A stretch of DNA of 63,566 nucleotides, the filler included, from Corallochytrium limacisporum Hawaii (lineage: Eukaryota > Protista > Pluriformea), in NCBI GenBank assembly GCA_002811645.1. It is 5 parts of 5 records of this genome, joined end to end, with 100 filler letters (N's around TTAATTAATTAA, not from the genome) between each part and the next. Parts side by side here need not be neighbours in the genome. Positions count along the whole stretch, not along the records: positions 1 to 7,792 come from PDIP01000200.1; positions 7,893 to 26,222 come from PDIP01000013.1; 3 more parts are not named here. One strand, written 5' to 3'. The notes under the pieces were generated by a model that saw nothing but the letters and a program-made list of their open reading frames with translations, made no database searches and was not told the origin of the DNA. A program made the translations under genes and the position numbers. Shown here in pieces: positions 1 through 13,275 of the stretch (its first letter is position 1; every line of letters starts with the position of its first letter).

Positions 1-27
1 CTCTCTCCACACACATACACACACACA

Positions 28-72
<45 letters not shown>
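1..72. repeat. (CA)n/(CT)n microsatellite
   Basis: Direct reading of dinucleotide runs. Confidence 0.95.
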
Positions 73-75
<3 letters not shown>

Positions 76-598
76 CTGTTAACCCTAACGGTACTGTTAC
101 CCACCTTCCGGCCCCTTTGGCCCTAAAGGCCTCTTGCTCTCGTTTGCTTGGCCCTTTCCTCGCTCTCGCCCCTCGCCACCCCCCCCCCCTCTACCACTTT
201 TTCAAAGGTCACGCGGGTTGGGTAATTGCGGCAAGTACACCCCGCCGCTGCCCCCAGGGCCTCCCCACTTTTCACCGTCCCGGGCGGTTTGTTGCCCCTT
301 TGTCGGTGTCCGGTGGGCCAAAGTTTCTTTGGGGCAGAAACCCTTACGGTTCACAAGTTTGGTCTGTGTCCTTTGTCGTCTCCCCATGGGCGACTTCTAG
401 CGCCCAAGCCAAGCTGAGGAATGCAGCACGATGAAGATGACGAAATGAACGAAGATGTGAGGGTACCCGGGTCAAAAGCAAGGAGCTACTTGGGGAACAC
501 AATCTTGACAATTGCTACAAAAAGATACCGACCCTTGACATAGCACTATCACTGGGATATTGTGAATCAATCCCGTCAGTTTTATAAACACTACAACC

Positions 599-2008
599 AT
601 GTTCAGGGCTCTGGTCAAGTCTGCTTCCCCTCTGGCACGCGCCAGCGTCATGCGCGCCTCTGCCACCCCTGCCGTCGGTGTCTCTAGCGTGCGCCACTAC
701 TCCGAGTTGAAGGAGCGCCTCGCTGAGCTGATCCCCGAGGCACAGAAGGAGGTCAAGGAATTCCGGGCTTCTTACGGCAGCACCGTGGTCGGTGAAGTTA
801 CTGTCGATATGATGTACGGTGGTATGCGCGGCATTAAGGGTTTGGTGACAGAGACCTCTGTTCTGGACCCCGAGGAGGGTATCCGGTTCCGCGGCTACTC
901 CATTCCTGAGTGCCAGAAGCTGCTTCCCAAGGCTGACGGCGGTCAGGAACCCCTGCCTGAGGGTTTGTTCTGGTTGCTGACTACCGGTGAGATCCCCACC
1001 AAGGAGCAGGTCAATGGTCTCAGCAAAGAGTTCGCCAAGCGCGCCTCTCTGCCGAGCCATGTTGTGCAGATGCTCAACAACTTCCCCTCCAACTTGCACC
1101 CAATGAGCCAGTTCAGCGCCGCCATCACTGCCTGCCAGTCTGAGTCTCAGTTTGCCAAGGCATACGCCAACGGTGTGAACAAGACCCAATTCTGGGAGTA
1201 TACCTACGAGGACAGCATTAGCCTCATTGCCAAGCTGCCCACCATTGCGGCCATGATCTACCGCAATCTCTACAAGGACGGTACCATTGCCACCATTGAC
1301 CCCGATGCCGACATGGGTGCCAACTTTGCCAAGCTTCTGGGATACAATGACAAGCAGTTCACTGAGCTGATGCGTCTGTACCTGACCATCCACTCCGACC
1401 ACGAGGGTGGCAATGTCTCCGCACACACTGTTCATCTGGTCGGTTCCGCTCTGTCCGACCCTTACCTGTCCTTTGCTGCCGGTATGAACGGTCTGGCTGG
1501 CCCCCTGCACGGTCTGGCCAACCAGGAGGTCCTGGTCTGGCTCAACAAGTTGGTTGACGGTCAGCTTGGTGGTTCCCCCACAGCCACCGACGACCAGGTC
1601 CGCGATGCGGTCAAGGAGATGCTCAAGGTTGGTGTCGTCCCCGGTTACGGACACGCCGTTCTTCGCAAGACTGACCCCCGCTACACTTGCCAGCGTGAGT
1701 TCGCCCTTAAGCACCTTCCTGATGACGCTCTCTTCGGTCTTGTCAGCCAGCTGTACAACATTGTACCCGATATTCTTCTGGAGCAGGGCAAGGCCAAGAA
1801 CCCCTGGCCCAACGTTGATGCCCACTCCGGTGTCCTTCTTCAGCACTACGGTCTCAAGGAGTCCTCCTACTACACTGTTCTCTTCGGTGTCAGTCGTGCC
1901 CTGGGAACTCTGCCTTCCCTCATCTGGGATCGCGCCTACGGTCTGCCCATTGAGCGCCCCAAGTCTCTGGACACCAAGGGACTCAAGAAGTTTGTCGGAG
2001 CCAACTAA
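599..2008 (+). CDS. CS: Mitochondrial citrate synthase
   Basis: 469-aa ORF with presequence-like N-terminus; motifs [53 protein letters not shown]. Confidence 0.98.
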   Translation: MFRALVKSASPLARASVMRASATPAVGVSSVRHYSELKERLAELIPEAQKEVKEFRASYGSTVVGEVTVDMMYGGMRGIKGLVTETSVLDPEEGIRFRGYSIPECQKLLPKADGGQEPLPEGLFWLLTTGEIPTKEQVNGLSKEFAKRASLPSHVVQMLNNFPSNLHPMSQFSAAITACQSESQFAKAYANGVNKTQFWEYTYEDSISLIAKLPTIAAMIYRNLYKDGTIATIDPDADMGANFAKLLGYNDKQFTELMRLYLTIHSDHEGGNVSAHTVHLVGSALSDPYLSFAAGMNGLAGPLHGLANQEVLVWLNKLVDGQLGGSPTATDDQVRDAVKEMLKVGVVPGYGHAVLRKTDPRYTCQREFALKHLPDDALFGLVSQLYNIVPDILLEQGKAKNPWPNVDAHSGVLLQHYGLKESSYYTVLFGVSRALGTLPSLIWDRAYGLPIERPKSLDTKGLKKFVGAN

Positions 2009-2774
2009 ATTAAAATTCCAGGGAGGGTCAAGCAAACAGTGTCAGCAAATCCATATTATTAGCAGTAGCACCAGCGCCATCATCATTCATCATCATGCCG
2101 AGGGGAAGTCGATGAGGAGAACGACGATTCAGACCCGGGACGACGATACTACATTTGCATTTTGCCAGCAGGTCTGTCATAGAGACAAGAACAACAAGGA
2201 CGGTGGGGTTGGTGCACCGCAAGCGAGCTGCTGCTGCCATCCATGTATTGATGATGGCTTGCGAATTCCCAAATACATGCACACCAATACAAAGCACACT
2301 AAAGTCATTTTTTTAAGAGATCAAATTGGCTCGGTGCTCGTTCTAGGCAGCTCCGAGTCTCATGACCACATGTGTCCGTTAACTATTGTCAGAAGGTCAT
2401 TGCAATGGTAAAAGTACTCTATTACTTTACGTGGTAACGAGAAGGGAAGATGATGCTATGATGTCAAGGTTTTGCGTGATTCTTGCTATCTCTTGTGCGA
2501 TGTGAAGGTCACAAAATTGTGAGATCCGTCATAGACATTTCAGAGGGCCGTGATAATGCCGTGACCTAGCATACGTCCGCCTCCGTTGTTGTTTTGTACA
2601 CACTGGATCCCAAACGATGTGCATTGCTGCTGTGATTGATGCTTGAAATGAAAATTGTTACATGATCACACTGTCGATATCGAGTCTTGCAATTCCCGGT
2701 GGCGCTCGGGTAGAAAGCGTATGTTTGTTTGCCTGTGGCTTCAATCACATGGTAGCAACCGACATGTGTCTCCT

Positions 2775-3629
2775 TCAAGGCATGCCCACCCAGTCCAGGA
2801 CCTTGATGGCAGTCTCATAACCGAGGAAGCAAGCAGCATTGGCAGGGAAGGCGCGCAGCATGACAGGTGTCAATCCACGGTAGAAGCCACCTAGACCATC
2901 CTTCGCCATAATCTCCTTGAAGACGTCCCGCATGCCGTTGGGGTAAACATTGCCCTTGTCTGCTTGTAGTTTACTCTTCATCACATCAATGGGCAGAGCA
3001 GGAAGCCAGTTAGCCATACCAGCAAAACCACCGGCCAGGAAGGTTGCAATCGGGCCAGGTCCGGTTGCACCCTCTGGGGTCATCTTGAACTTCAAGAATT
3101 CGTAGGTGGAGAAGTAGAAGAAGGAAGCCAGAGAATCACGAGCGAAGGTGGCGGTGGTGCCACGGAACAGGGAGCGGATGCCACCCTGTTCCCAGACCTC
3201 CTTGAAACCGAGACCATGAGCCTGACGCATGCATTTGTACCGCTCACCGGGGGCAAGAATGGGGGTGGAGAACAGGGCAGAGGTGGCACCAGCCATACCA
3301 ATCTGGGACAGTTTCAGCTTCTCGTAGGCGTCGTCGTCGCAGAAGATCTGCTTACCCACTCCATAACCGAAGAAGACCAGAGCGTACATGGGAGTCACAC
3401 CAACCAAAGGAGCGGCCATACCAGCGAACAGGCCGGTGGGACCCTTCTGGCCAATGATCTTGCGGGCAGCCTGCAAGGTACCCGTGTACTCGTCGGGCTT
3501 GACGGCCAACAGCACCTTGATAGTGTCCAACGGGTGACCAGTGACCACGAGGGCAACACCACCGACACCGCCAGCGATGAAGCTCTTGAGCAGGCCAGGT
3601 TGCTTGGCCTTCTTCTGTTCCTCAGCCAT
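2775..3629 (-). CDS. SLC25A20: Mitochondrial carrier, carnitine/acylcarnitine translocase-like
   Basis: Three carrier signature repeats (PLDTIK, PGERYK, PIDVMK); KSFIAGGVGG and RAFPANAACFLGYE are typical of CACT. First ATG at 3629 (MAEEQK). Confidence 0.88.
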   Translation of the reverse strand: MAEEQKKAKQPGLLKSFIAGGVGGVALVVTGHPLDTIKVLLAVKPDEYTGTLQAARKIIGQKGPTGLFAGMAAPLVGVTPMYALVFFGYGVGKQIFCDDDAYEKLKLSQIGMAGATSALFSTPILAPGERYKCMRQAHGLGFKEVWEQGGIRSLFRGTTATFARDSLASFFYFSTYEFLKFKMTPEGATGPGPIATFLAGGFAGMANWLPALPIDVMKSKLQADKGNVYPNGMRDVFKEIMAKDGLGGFYRGLTPVMLRAFPANAACFLGYETAIKVLDWVGMP

Positions 3630-4871
3630 ATTGCGATTTGATTCTAAATATAAACCTGCAGGGGTATATACAACAACCAAGTAGTTCTACCCGTCTGTCC
3701 CGAAAGGTAATGTATCAGATAACAAAGCGGAGAACATTAGCCACTAGTATGGCTCTGATCACTGCATCAAGTACCAGGATCCAACTGAGATCCACGCCAA
3801 CCATCACCTTGGGTGTTCCAACACCAAAACGATGAAGGTGGGGCGCCCCCATTCGCGCTTTGTGTTGCCGATTCTCATGAAAAGGTGACCCCCCCCCTCT
3901 TTCCTTCACCCCCTCCCCAGGCTACCCTGGTACTTCTTCCCCCGAAATGTCTTCCGCTGTTCTCCTCGCCCGTGTGTCGTGTTGTCGCCTAGACGGAGTT
4001 AAGCGCGAAAGGGCAGATTATGCAGCCATCGGCGGCCCCATTAAAGCACACACACACACACACACACACACTCACCCCACACCCGAACAGCATAGAACGC
4101 TTCTCATTAATCTAGGAAACTTTTTGGTTGCCCTTACACGCATCCAGCAGAACCGATTTGGCCAGGGACGGAATGAATGGGGTGTTGAACCGTTTTCTTG
4201 GTGCAACTTGGGTAAGAGATTGAAGTTCATTGCAATGCTTTACACCAGTGGGCACGTACGTACCTACGGGTAGAATGAAAGTAATGCGTTGGTGATGAAC
4301 CAGAGAGGACCAGAAAACAGAGAAGGTTGGAGATCTCCCGTTCACGGAGCGAAACTCTCATCCATTACAAGACACGCACGCGTGTACATATGGCTCTACG
4401 ATGCCCGACGATGAGGTCCCTTGTTCGGCCAGTGTGACATTAAGCACTATACCACCGCGTCCAACGTCCATTTGAAAACAACAAACGAAAGATTCGGGGC
4501 CCTGAAATGGCAAGCCTTCCCGAAGACGTTGGTACGGGTTCAAAAGCAGTGAAACACGCACTGCGGGCCGTGGTCGGCGTGTATTTTTGGCCGAGACACA
4601 TGGAGCGAGGCACGCCGGCGGGCCCACCAACCCTCTCTCCCTCTCTGTGGCGCCCCCCCTTCTCTTTTTAGCCGTCCCCGTGGTCTCCCGGTTCTCCTGG
4701 CCCGTGCCAAACGAAAAGAGGAATAGTTAAACAAAGGAAAAAGAGAAAAAGAAAAGAAAACAACCAACCAAGCCAGCCACCCCATACCTACCTCCGGAGA
4801 AGCCGCACGACCAACCAGCCAATCCTGGAAGAATGAAAAAAAAAAACAAAAAAGAGGGAACATGAAAAATG

Positions 4872-4884
4872 GAGAGAGAGCGAG

Positions 4885-4919
<35 letters not shown>

Positions 4920-4938
4920 AAGGGAGAGAGAGAGAGAG
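4872..4938. repeat. (GA)n microsatellite
   Basis: Direct reading. Confidence 0.95.
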
Positions 4939-5739
4939 AAAAAGTATAATCATGTGATTGTTGGTGGGGTCGGACCACCTGGACAAGCTTTCATCGCATT
5001 GATATATGAATAGTCTGCACACCATCGTGCATGCCCGAATCATAGCTTGACTTTGCACAACAACAGACGGCAGTATATTCAATTGAAACAGACCATGGCG
5101 GGGGGTTTGCCTGCGGGCTCTTCGATGCCTTGGAGAACTGCGCTGGGGTCCTGAAGGAAAAAGAAGAAAGTCGATACCAACTGGGACACGATGAAGGAGT
5201 GCTAAAAATAACCGAAGTCCTCACCCGTTCCTCTGCGCAGCCACCTCCGTGGCACTCCCTTGCGGGAGGGGAGGGGGGCGGACCAACGGATCCGGTGGTG
5301 AAGCATCCGGTTTTTCAAGGGGCTGGGTGGTAGTGAAGTTGCCATGTTTGTTTGCAGATTGACGAGGCGATCATGGCGTGAACGGAGGGAAGAGAGGGCG
5401 TGAGGATGAAGACATTAGGGGTTAAGTTCCAAGGCGAGTGAGAATGTTGCGTATTTGTGCATGGTTCTATTGTACGATGTGTTGTAAGGTGATAGCGTTG
5501 GCTGCAACAATTTGAAAGTGCTCTCGATAGGAAACTAATGTAGAGCAAGGGAGTGGTGATGGTTTCTTTAAGCATAGAAAACCACTCGTGGTGTTATGAT
5601 GTTGGGTATGATTGTGGGTGTGTTGGTGTAGGCAATGGATGCGACCAACAAGGAATTGATATCGCTCACCCGGCAAAACCAATACCCGGTGGTTTGCAAT
5701 GGATACAGTTGCTCACGCTGTAAATTTAGATGTTACAAG

Positions 5740-7455
<1,716 letters not shown>

Positions 7456-7792
7456 CTATTTGTTCCGAAAGGTGAGTTTAGACGAAACTAAACGATCCAT
7501 TAGTCAGGCGTGTGCAAAGGTCGAGTGCTCGATCTCTGTCTGTGGCACCCCAAATAACCAACCGTGTCCTGCAGTGCGTATACAACAATAATTTACCAGA
7601 GGTCATGGTTACAGCCATCCCAAGTCACCTTTCCTTTGTCCGCAAAACAAAACATACACAGTCCTTGCCCCTGCTCCAAGAACATGCACCCAATTTACTT
7701 ACACAAGACCGCAAGGTCTGTTTACTGCGGTACCCACTGGGCCCGTGGGCGGTGAGAACCACCGCCGCCCCTTCAGAGGCTCGCCCCCCCCC

Positions 7793-7892
7793 NNNNNNNN
7801 NNNNNNNNNNNNNNNNNNNNNNNNNNNNNNNNNNNNTTAATTAATTAANNNNNNNNNNNNNNNNNNNNNNNNNNNNNNNNNNNNNNNNNNNN
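7793..7892. other. Artificial contig linker (N44-TTAATTAATTAA-N44)
   Basis: Six-frame-stop spacer; identical format recurs four times. Confidence 0.97.
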
Positions 7893-8152
7893 AACCTGAA
7901 CCTGAAGGAGCTAGGATTCCGCCGAGTCTAAATCTTCCCAGGTATATTCCGTGAGAGAAAAGACAAGTATTCTTGAGGGAACAGTCTATAGTGTTTTCCT
8001 GCGCTGTGGCCAACAAGTCGACAGATTAAAGCCCCTAATATGTTGCAGCGTCCTCTACACGTACAGCCCAGGCCAGTCCTTTGTGCTCAATTTCGTACAG
8101 GTGAGATGGCCAAGTCGTCATTTCGCACTGGCGTTCTCGATTCGTTTAGTAT

Positions 8153-9277
8153 TTAGTTACCGATTGCTCCATCAGAGAGGAGGAAGTCGAGAGAAGCATC
8201 ATTGAACTCTCTAGGCGCATCTTGTTGTAGCCAATGCGATGCATTTGGAATGATTTTTAACTGACCAAAACCTGGCTTGACATATTGTAACGAATCCTTC
8301 GCCGCAGATATTTCGAAGGCACCATCCTTTTCACCCCAAAGCACTAATGTGGGAACCTTGATGATTACTGTTTCGTCTGGCATGAATGCGGGATTGCCTT
8401 CGATTGTGAACACGTTCCTATAGTAGCCCAATGCACCAAAAACAGCAAAGGGTTGCGCTAGGTAGTACCGATAGACATACAACTCTTCTGGATTCATACG
8501 GCTCTCCTCCCTCACGATACCAACATGCTTACCATGGAACATGGTGTCTGATGCCTTGTAGTCATAGGCTGACATGTAGAACTCTGGGAGCCAAGGCAAT
8601 TGAAATAGAAAGACGTACCAACTCTTTCGAAGCTGTTGGAAGTTGGACAGCATCTGCACGGCCTTTGGATGGGGCACATCGGAAATAATCATCTTGTCTA
8701 CCAGGTGTGGATATTCAATAGCAAACTTCCAGCAGATTAAAGCACCCCAGTCATGGCCCATGAGGCTTGCACTCTCGTGCCCAAGCCCTTTAATAATCTG
8801 CTTCACATCTTCAGCGATCACATCCCAAGCGTAGTCCGATACGGAACCCGGTTTCTGAGTTTCACCGTAGCCTCGCAAGTCGACAGCAACCACTTGAAAG
8901 TGACGACTCAGCGCAACAAGCTGATGTCGCCAACTAAACCAACATTCTGGGAATCCGTGAAGTAACAATAATAAGGGCCCGCTGCCCTTGGACACGAAAT
9001 GAAATCGGATTCCATTTGCCTTGACGAATCCGTGTTCGCCATATTGTGGATCATCTAGAACTTTTGGGCGAACTGAATAGTCTGACTTCGTAAACAGTTG
9101 AGTACCATCACGAATATACAGCTGGGCCATCTTTACACACGCAAACACACCAAAAAAGGTAGACAGTGAGTAAACCACTGTATTGAGTGCAAACTGCTTC
9201 ACGATTCCCATCATGGTGTCGGAAAAATGGATACGTCGTGCAAAAACATGGCGTACCCTCATCTTTTGCACTGTCAT
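8153..9277 (-). CDS. Alpha/beta-fold epoxide hydrolase, EPHX3/EPHX4-like (start may be 9214)
   Basis: N-terminal hydrophobic anchor; HGFPE oxyanion motif, GHDWG nucleophile, SWYVFLFQLP and GYYR tyrosines, WGEKD and ASHW acid/His. Confidence 0.88.
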   Translation of the reverse strand: MTVQKMRVRHVFARRIHFSDTMMGIVKQFALNTVVYSLSTFFGVFACVKMAQLYIRDGTQLFTKSDYSVRPKVLDDPQYGEHGFVKANGIRFHFVSKGSGPLLLLLHGFPECWFSWRHQLVALSRHFQVVAVDLRGYGETQKPGSVSDYAWDVIAEDVKQIIKGLGHESASLMGHDWGALICWKFAIEYPHLVDKMIISDVPHPKAVQMLSNFQQLRKSWYVFLFQLPWLPEFYMSAYDYKASDTMFHGKHVGIVREESRMNPEELYVYRYYLAQPFAVFGALGYYRNVFTIEGNPAFMPDETVIIKVPTLVLWGEKDGAFEISAAKDSLQYVKPGFGQLKIIPNASHWLQQDAPREFNDASLDFLLSDGAIGN

Positions 9278-10306
9278 AAGTATACATGCACCTCAAATAG
9301 TACTATGGTCTTATTACGGAGTAAATATGGCGAGTCCGACTGGCTGGCAACCGTGACATTATGAGCCGCGGTTGCGAAAAGTAAATCCGTATGCTTCTAT
9401 TTATATGGACTCCTCCCTCCCTTTCCTATCCATACAATCCTCTGCCCTTGCCTCATCTCTACCGCGCGGCTGAGGAGCACGTATCTTCCTTCGAACCTTC
9501 GGTGCGGCCGGGCGAGCAATTGCCGACTGGCTGAAAGGTCAGCTGTCCACAGGCGGGCAACCCTCCCCAAAAGGAAGGAAAAATATACTGTTATTTCTGC
9601 TCCAGAGTCCCCACCACTCCCCCCCACCCAGCGGCGGGGACCCGGGTTGTGCTGTTAGTCAGGCAGGAAATGGGGCTGATTGAAGGACTAGATGGGCAGA
9701 GATGAGGAATTACAGTGTAGTCGATATTTCGCTTACGGTGGTATACCCGCTCCACAGACCCCCGAGGGCCCCGCCGTCCTCAGCGACATTAAGGTTGGCC
9801 CGCCCGCCCCGGTGAAGAAGGGGGGGCGGTGGCAAGGTGTCCAATTTCTCCCGAGGAGTGCTCCGTAATATCGCGGCCCCTGAACTAAATTAGAATACCA
9901 CGACTAACCCATTCAGCCCGTGGTTGTTCGGGACGTTGGTGGTACCTCCAGCCTTAAAATAATGATGCTCGGACGGAGCGGGTGGCAGCTCAGCGGCCCA
10001 ACACTATGCTTGCGCAGAGCGCGGCGCTGGTGGAAAAGGGAAGGGACGAAGGGGACGGGACGAAAGGACAGCTGGTGGACAGATCTTCCCGCCAAAACAA
10101 AATGGTAACACTATGGCGATCGTCACACCCTTTCCCCCAGGTTGGGAAGGGGGGGGGGGGTTGACAGTGGGAGTATCAGATAAGGAAGGCGATAAGGTTC
10201 GCTTTCCACTGCGTACGCAAGGGTATTTCGACGTCACTCCGGACCACTATTCCAAATATGATCAGAGGTCTGAAAGATCAGATCTAAACCAAAGACAGTT
10301 GAAAAT

Positions 10307-11242
10307 ATGCAACCTCTTGATACTCTACGAATTGCCGTTGGAGGCTTCATGGCCGGCTATCTGGCGATTAGCTGGATCTTTCTGTGTGGTACACCTGAGA
10401 TCATTCATGACTATCTTGAAATAATGATCTACTCCGAGCACACATACTGGTATGGTAAGGCGATTCTCATAGCTTCCATTCTTTTTTTTGCTCTCAACAT
10501 CTACGATGGACTTACAAATCGCAATGAGTCAACGCTGTTCGGGGCTGCCTTTAGTGGTACAGCTATTGCAGGGTTTATGCTCGTGGTACATCCGACTGTG
10601 CAAGAGACCCTAACCATGGGCCCTAGTAATACGCAAAGCCTTGAATCCTACCAGATGTTCCTGTACGCTCACTTTGCCTTCCTTTGTGCCTCGGATTTTT
10701 ACGTAGTTTGGGAAGCAATGCGTCTGAGGGCATATGCTCGGACCTTCGCAACTTCTCTCTGCGGTATTCTTTCGGGTGGCCTGATAATTGACCTCTTCTT
10801 CGACACTGCCCCGAAGGCTGGTGCGACTGAGATGTACTATAAGTACATGCTCCAGATTGGGGAACCGAAGCCTCCAATTTATGCGGGAATCGTGATGCCA
10901 GTGTGCGTTATACTTATGGGCGTGTGTATCCTGTATGAGGCAGTGACGATCGCGTCCCTGCAAACGGGAGCCTTAGTTGTGAGCTTCTTTGGCGGCCTGT
11001 CAATTGGACCCATGCTTCTGTACCCAACGATGATGGCCCTGGACTCTAAGGAGATCGGCGAAAATCAGTTTAAGGAGATGGTCACACAGGCACATTTGGT
11101 CATGTTGGGACTTCTCATAGTCGACATTGTCATCTACTTGTCCCGTGACGCAGAGGACGGTGTGTCCCCAAAGCCTGCTCCAGCCAAAAAAAGTACTGCC
11201 AAGAAGGCTGCAGGCAAGAGAAAGGCCACCAAGAAGGACTAA
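10307..11242 (+). CDS. Uncharacterised multi-pass (~8 TM) membrane protein with an internal duplication and basic tail
   Basis: 311-aa ATG ORF; about eight hydrophobic segments in two similar blocks; Lys-rich tail ending KATKKD. Confidence 0.8.
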   Translation: MQPLDTLRIAVGGFMAGYLAISWIFLCGTPEIIHDYLEIMIYSEHTYWYGKAILIASILFFALNIYDGLTNRNESTLFGAAFSGTAIAGFMLVVHPTVQETLTMGPSNTQSLESYQMFLYAHFAFLCASDFYVVWEAMRLRAYARTFATSLCGILSGGLIIDLFFDTAPKAGATEMYYKYMLQIGEPKPPIYAGIVMPVCVILMGVCILYEAVTIASLQTGALVVSFFGGLSIGPMLLYPTMMALDSKEIGENQFKEMVTQAHLVMLGLLIVDIVIYLSRDAEDGVSPKPAPAKKSTAKKAAGKRKATKKD

Positions 11243-11372
11243 GTGAGGGTACCGGATCTCAAGCCCATCCTAGCTCCTTCACCAGCTCTCCGAGACGTAA
11301 GGCAACACCGCATATTGTAATACACCTGGTAGTGAAGAAAGTGTTTTATTCGTACTGAATGACCGTCGTCCC

Positions 11373-12530
11373 TTACTCTTCATCCAGCATATCCCCAATG
11401 ACGTCTGCCATGTGTCTACCCAACATAGTCTGGGCATTGACGCCACGATGGCTGCAGGTGTACATTTCTTCCTGGCTGTACCGTTCCTGGGAGATATTAA
11501 TGAACCTGTGATGTGAAAACGAAGACTCGACCACTTTTTCAATGCGAGGACAGGGTAGTTGTGCCTCCGGTTGACCACCACCACAGATATGTAAGAACTT
11601 CGGCTTCTGAGGAGCGTATGCATCGAGCAGAGCTTTAGTAAAGCTCTCATATGCGGCCATGAATTTCTCATCACCTCCCTCCCGAATAAACTTATCCGGG
11701 TCAACAGTGTAGTCATTACCTCCCACATAAACTACAACGACGTCAGCGGGGTAGCCAGACAAATCTTCGTCTGAAGCATGTTCACCATCGCTCGCTAAGG
11801 TGCGCTTAAACAGAGCCGGCAGCACTGGCATACCTCCAGTGAGCGGTATGTTGCGGTAAACGCCGATACCGGAAATTGCGGTCACACGAGTGTTGACATT
11901 GAGAATAGACTTCATGGTCTCGACCCAATCAATAGTGCATCGTTCGGACCAAAACAAGTTTTTATCTTGCAAACAGGGGTCCATGTCATAGCCGACATTC
12001 TTGCCAAGGATGCCAAAGCCAACAGAGTCTGAATCCCCGTAAATTTCCACATTGCGCAGCTTTGGAAGCGGAGGATAGAATATCTTCGGGGCAGGTCCGT
12101 GCAACTCAAAGTCGTGGAAGATCACCGCAGTGGCATCGCCAACTTTGTAGTTGGGCTCTATCTCTTTGTAGAATGTAACAGAGTACTGCTGAGAAGGATC
12201 CAAGTTGTCAAAGATGCCGCGTTGTGCTGGGCGGTACCATCCTTCGCCCTTCCAGGTTTGGTTGTGAGAATTTCCGGAAGACGTGTTTTTGATCATGGCA
12301 GTGAAGACATGATCCGCGCCAGGGGCAGTGTACTTGACGTACACCTGCTCAGCACCGCTGAAGAAGATCTGACCGTTGACACATGACCAGTCAAAACTGA
12401 CTGTTCCGTGGTTATCGTCAGTCCGTACTCTGCCGTTCCACAAAGCCTTGGTGGCAGGAACGACCAAGATGTCTGCTTGCACAGCCGCAGCGTAGATTGT
12501 CACCAGGAATGCAATTGCCCACATCATCAT
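11373..12530 (-). CDS. Secreted SGNH/GDSL esterase, carbohydrate esterase family 2-like
   Basis: Signal peptide; N-terminal GR...FDW beta domain; blocks IYGDSDSVGFG, AISGIG, GGND and C-terminal CSH with no DxxH Asp, as in CE2. Confidence 0.75.
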   Translation of the reverse strand: MMMWAIAFLVTIYAAAVQADILVVPATKALWNGRVRTDDNHGTVSFDWSCVNGQIFFSGAEQVYVKYTAPGADHVFTAMIKNTSSGNSHNQTWKGEGWYRPAQRGIFDNLDPSQQYSVTFYKEIEPNYKVGDATAVIFHDFELHGPAPKIFYPPLPKLRNVEIYGDSDSVGFGILGKNVGYDMDPCLQDKNLFWSERCTIDWVETMKSILNVNTRVTAISGIGVYRNIPLTGGMPVLPALFKRTLASDGEHASDEDLSGYPADVVVVYVGGNDYTVDPDKFIREGGDEKFMAAYESFTKALLDAYAPQKPKFLHICGGGQPEAQLPCPRIEKVVESSFSHHRFINISQERYSQEEMYTCSHRGVNAQTMLGRHMADVIGDMLDEE

Positions 12531-13275
12531 CTTTCTTTAGGCCATGCCTACAGATGATATCCTCCTGAACATATGCTGTGATCTACGTCATTCAAACACC
12601 TGCACTCGTCAAGACTCCTGGACGGCTGGCTGAGCAATAATGCCCCCTTGGTCACCAGACCGTTGTCTGCACAGTCGGTCCCAACCGTACGCAGTCTCCA
12701 CAGTGATGTTTGGAGTGTTCCCAGAAACATAGTCTGTTACACCCCTATTCCAGTTCTCTGTCTGGTTCATTAATCAAAATGTTGCGTCACATCGGAGGGG
12801 ATCTCATTTCGTCCTGGATTGAACTGAGACGGCCGGGATGGGAATCTATCTCGTAATCGGACGTTCTGGGGGGCAGACTCATCATGGGTTTTGTTGCTCA
12901 GTTTGAGTAAACAGTCACTGGGCATTTCCCATTCTGAATCCCAAACCCATTTATTTTCCCTAGTGGTACAATTCAGTTAGGGTGAGTCTGTCTCCAAATA
13001 TAAATTACGTGAACTGTGTTCTCTTATGGTGTAATTGTTTGGGCTTCTGCTCGCTTCGCAGGTTGCGCTTTGTTGTTCTTCTCCGCGGGCCCCAGTCCCA
13101 GCGGGTTTCCCCGCTCCTTGCGGTAAGGGGACCGGGAGCTGTCTCCGCAAATTAAGGAGAGGAGAGCTGCGGGGGCATCGCAGTTTGACCAATACACAAG
13201 TCGGAGGGAAGTTTGGTATGCGGTCCATTCGAACCCTAAACAAATGCAAAAACAAAATTTTATCACGATCCTACT

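Noticed and set aside
515-2035. 506-aa antisense ORF over citrate synthase
   Set aside because: Codon-aligned mirror of a strongly biased gene that avoids TTA/CTA/TCA; no independent protein features.
5095-5333. Protein-like frame GFACGLFDALENCAGV (PLAC8-like look)
   Set aside because: No ATG in frame nearby and no continuation of the Cys-rich motif.
7837-7848. TTAATTAATTAA recurring four times
   Set aside because: Always centred in 44+44 Ns: an artificial six-frame-stop linker, not biology.
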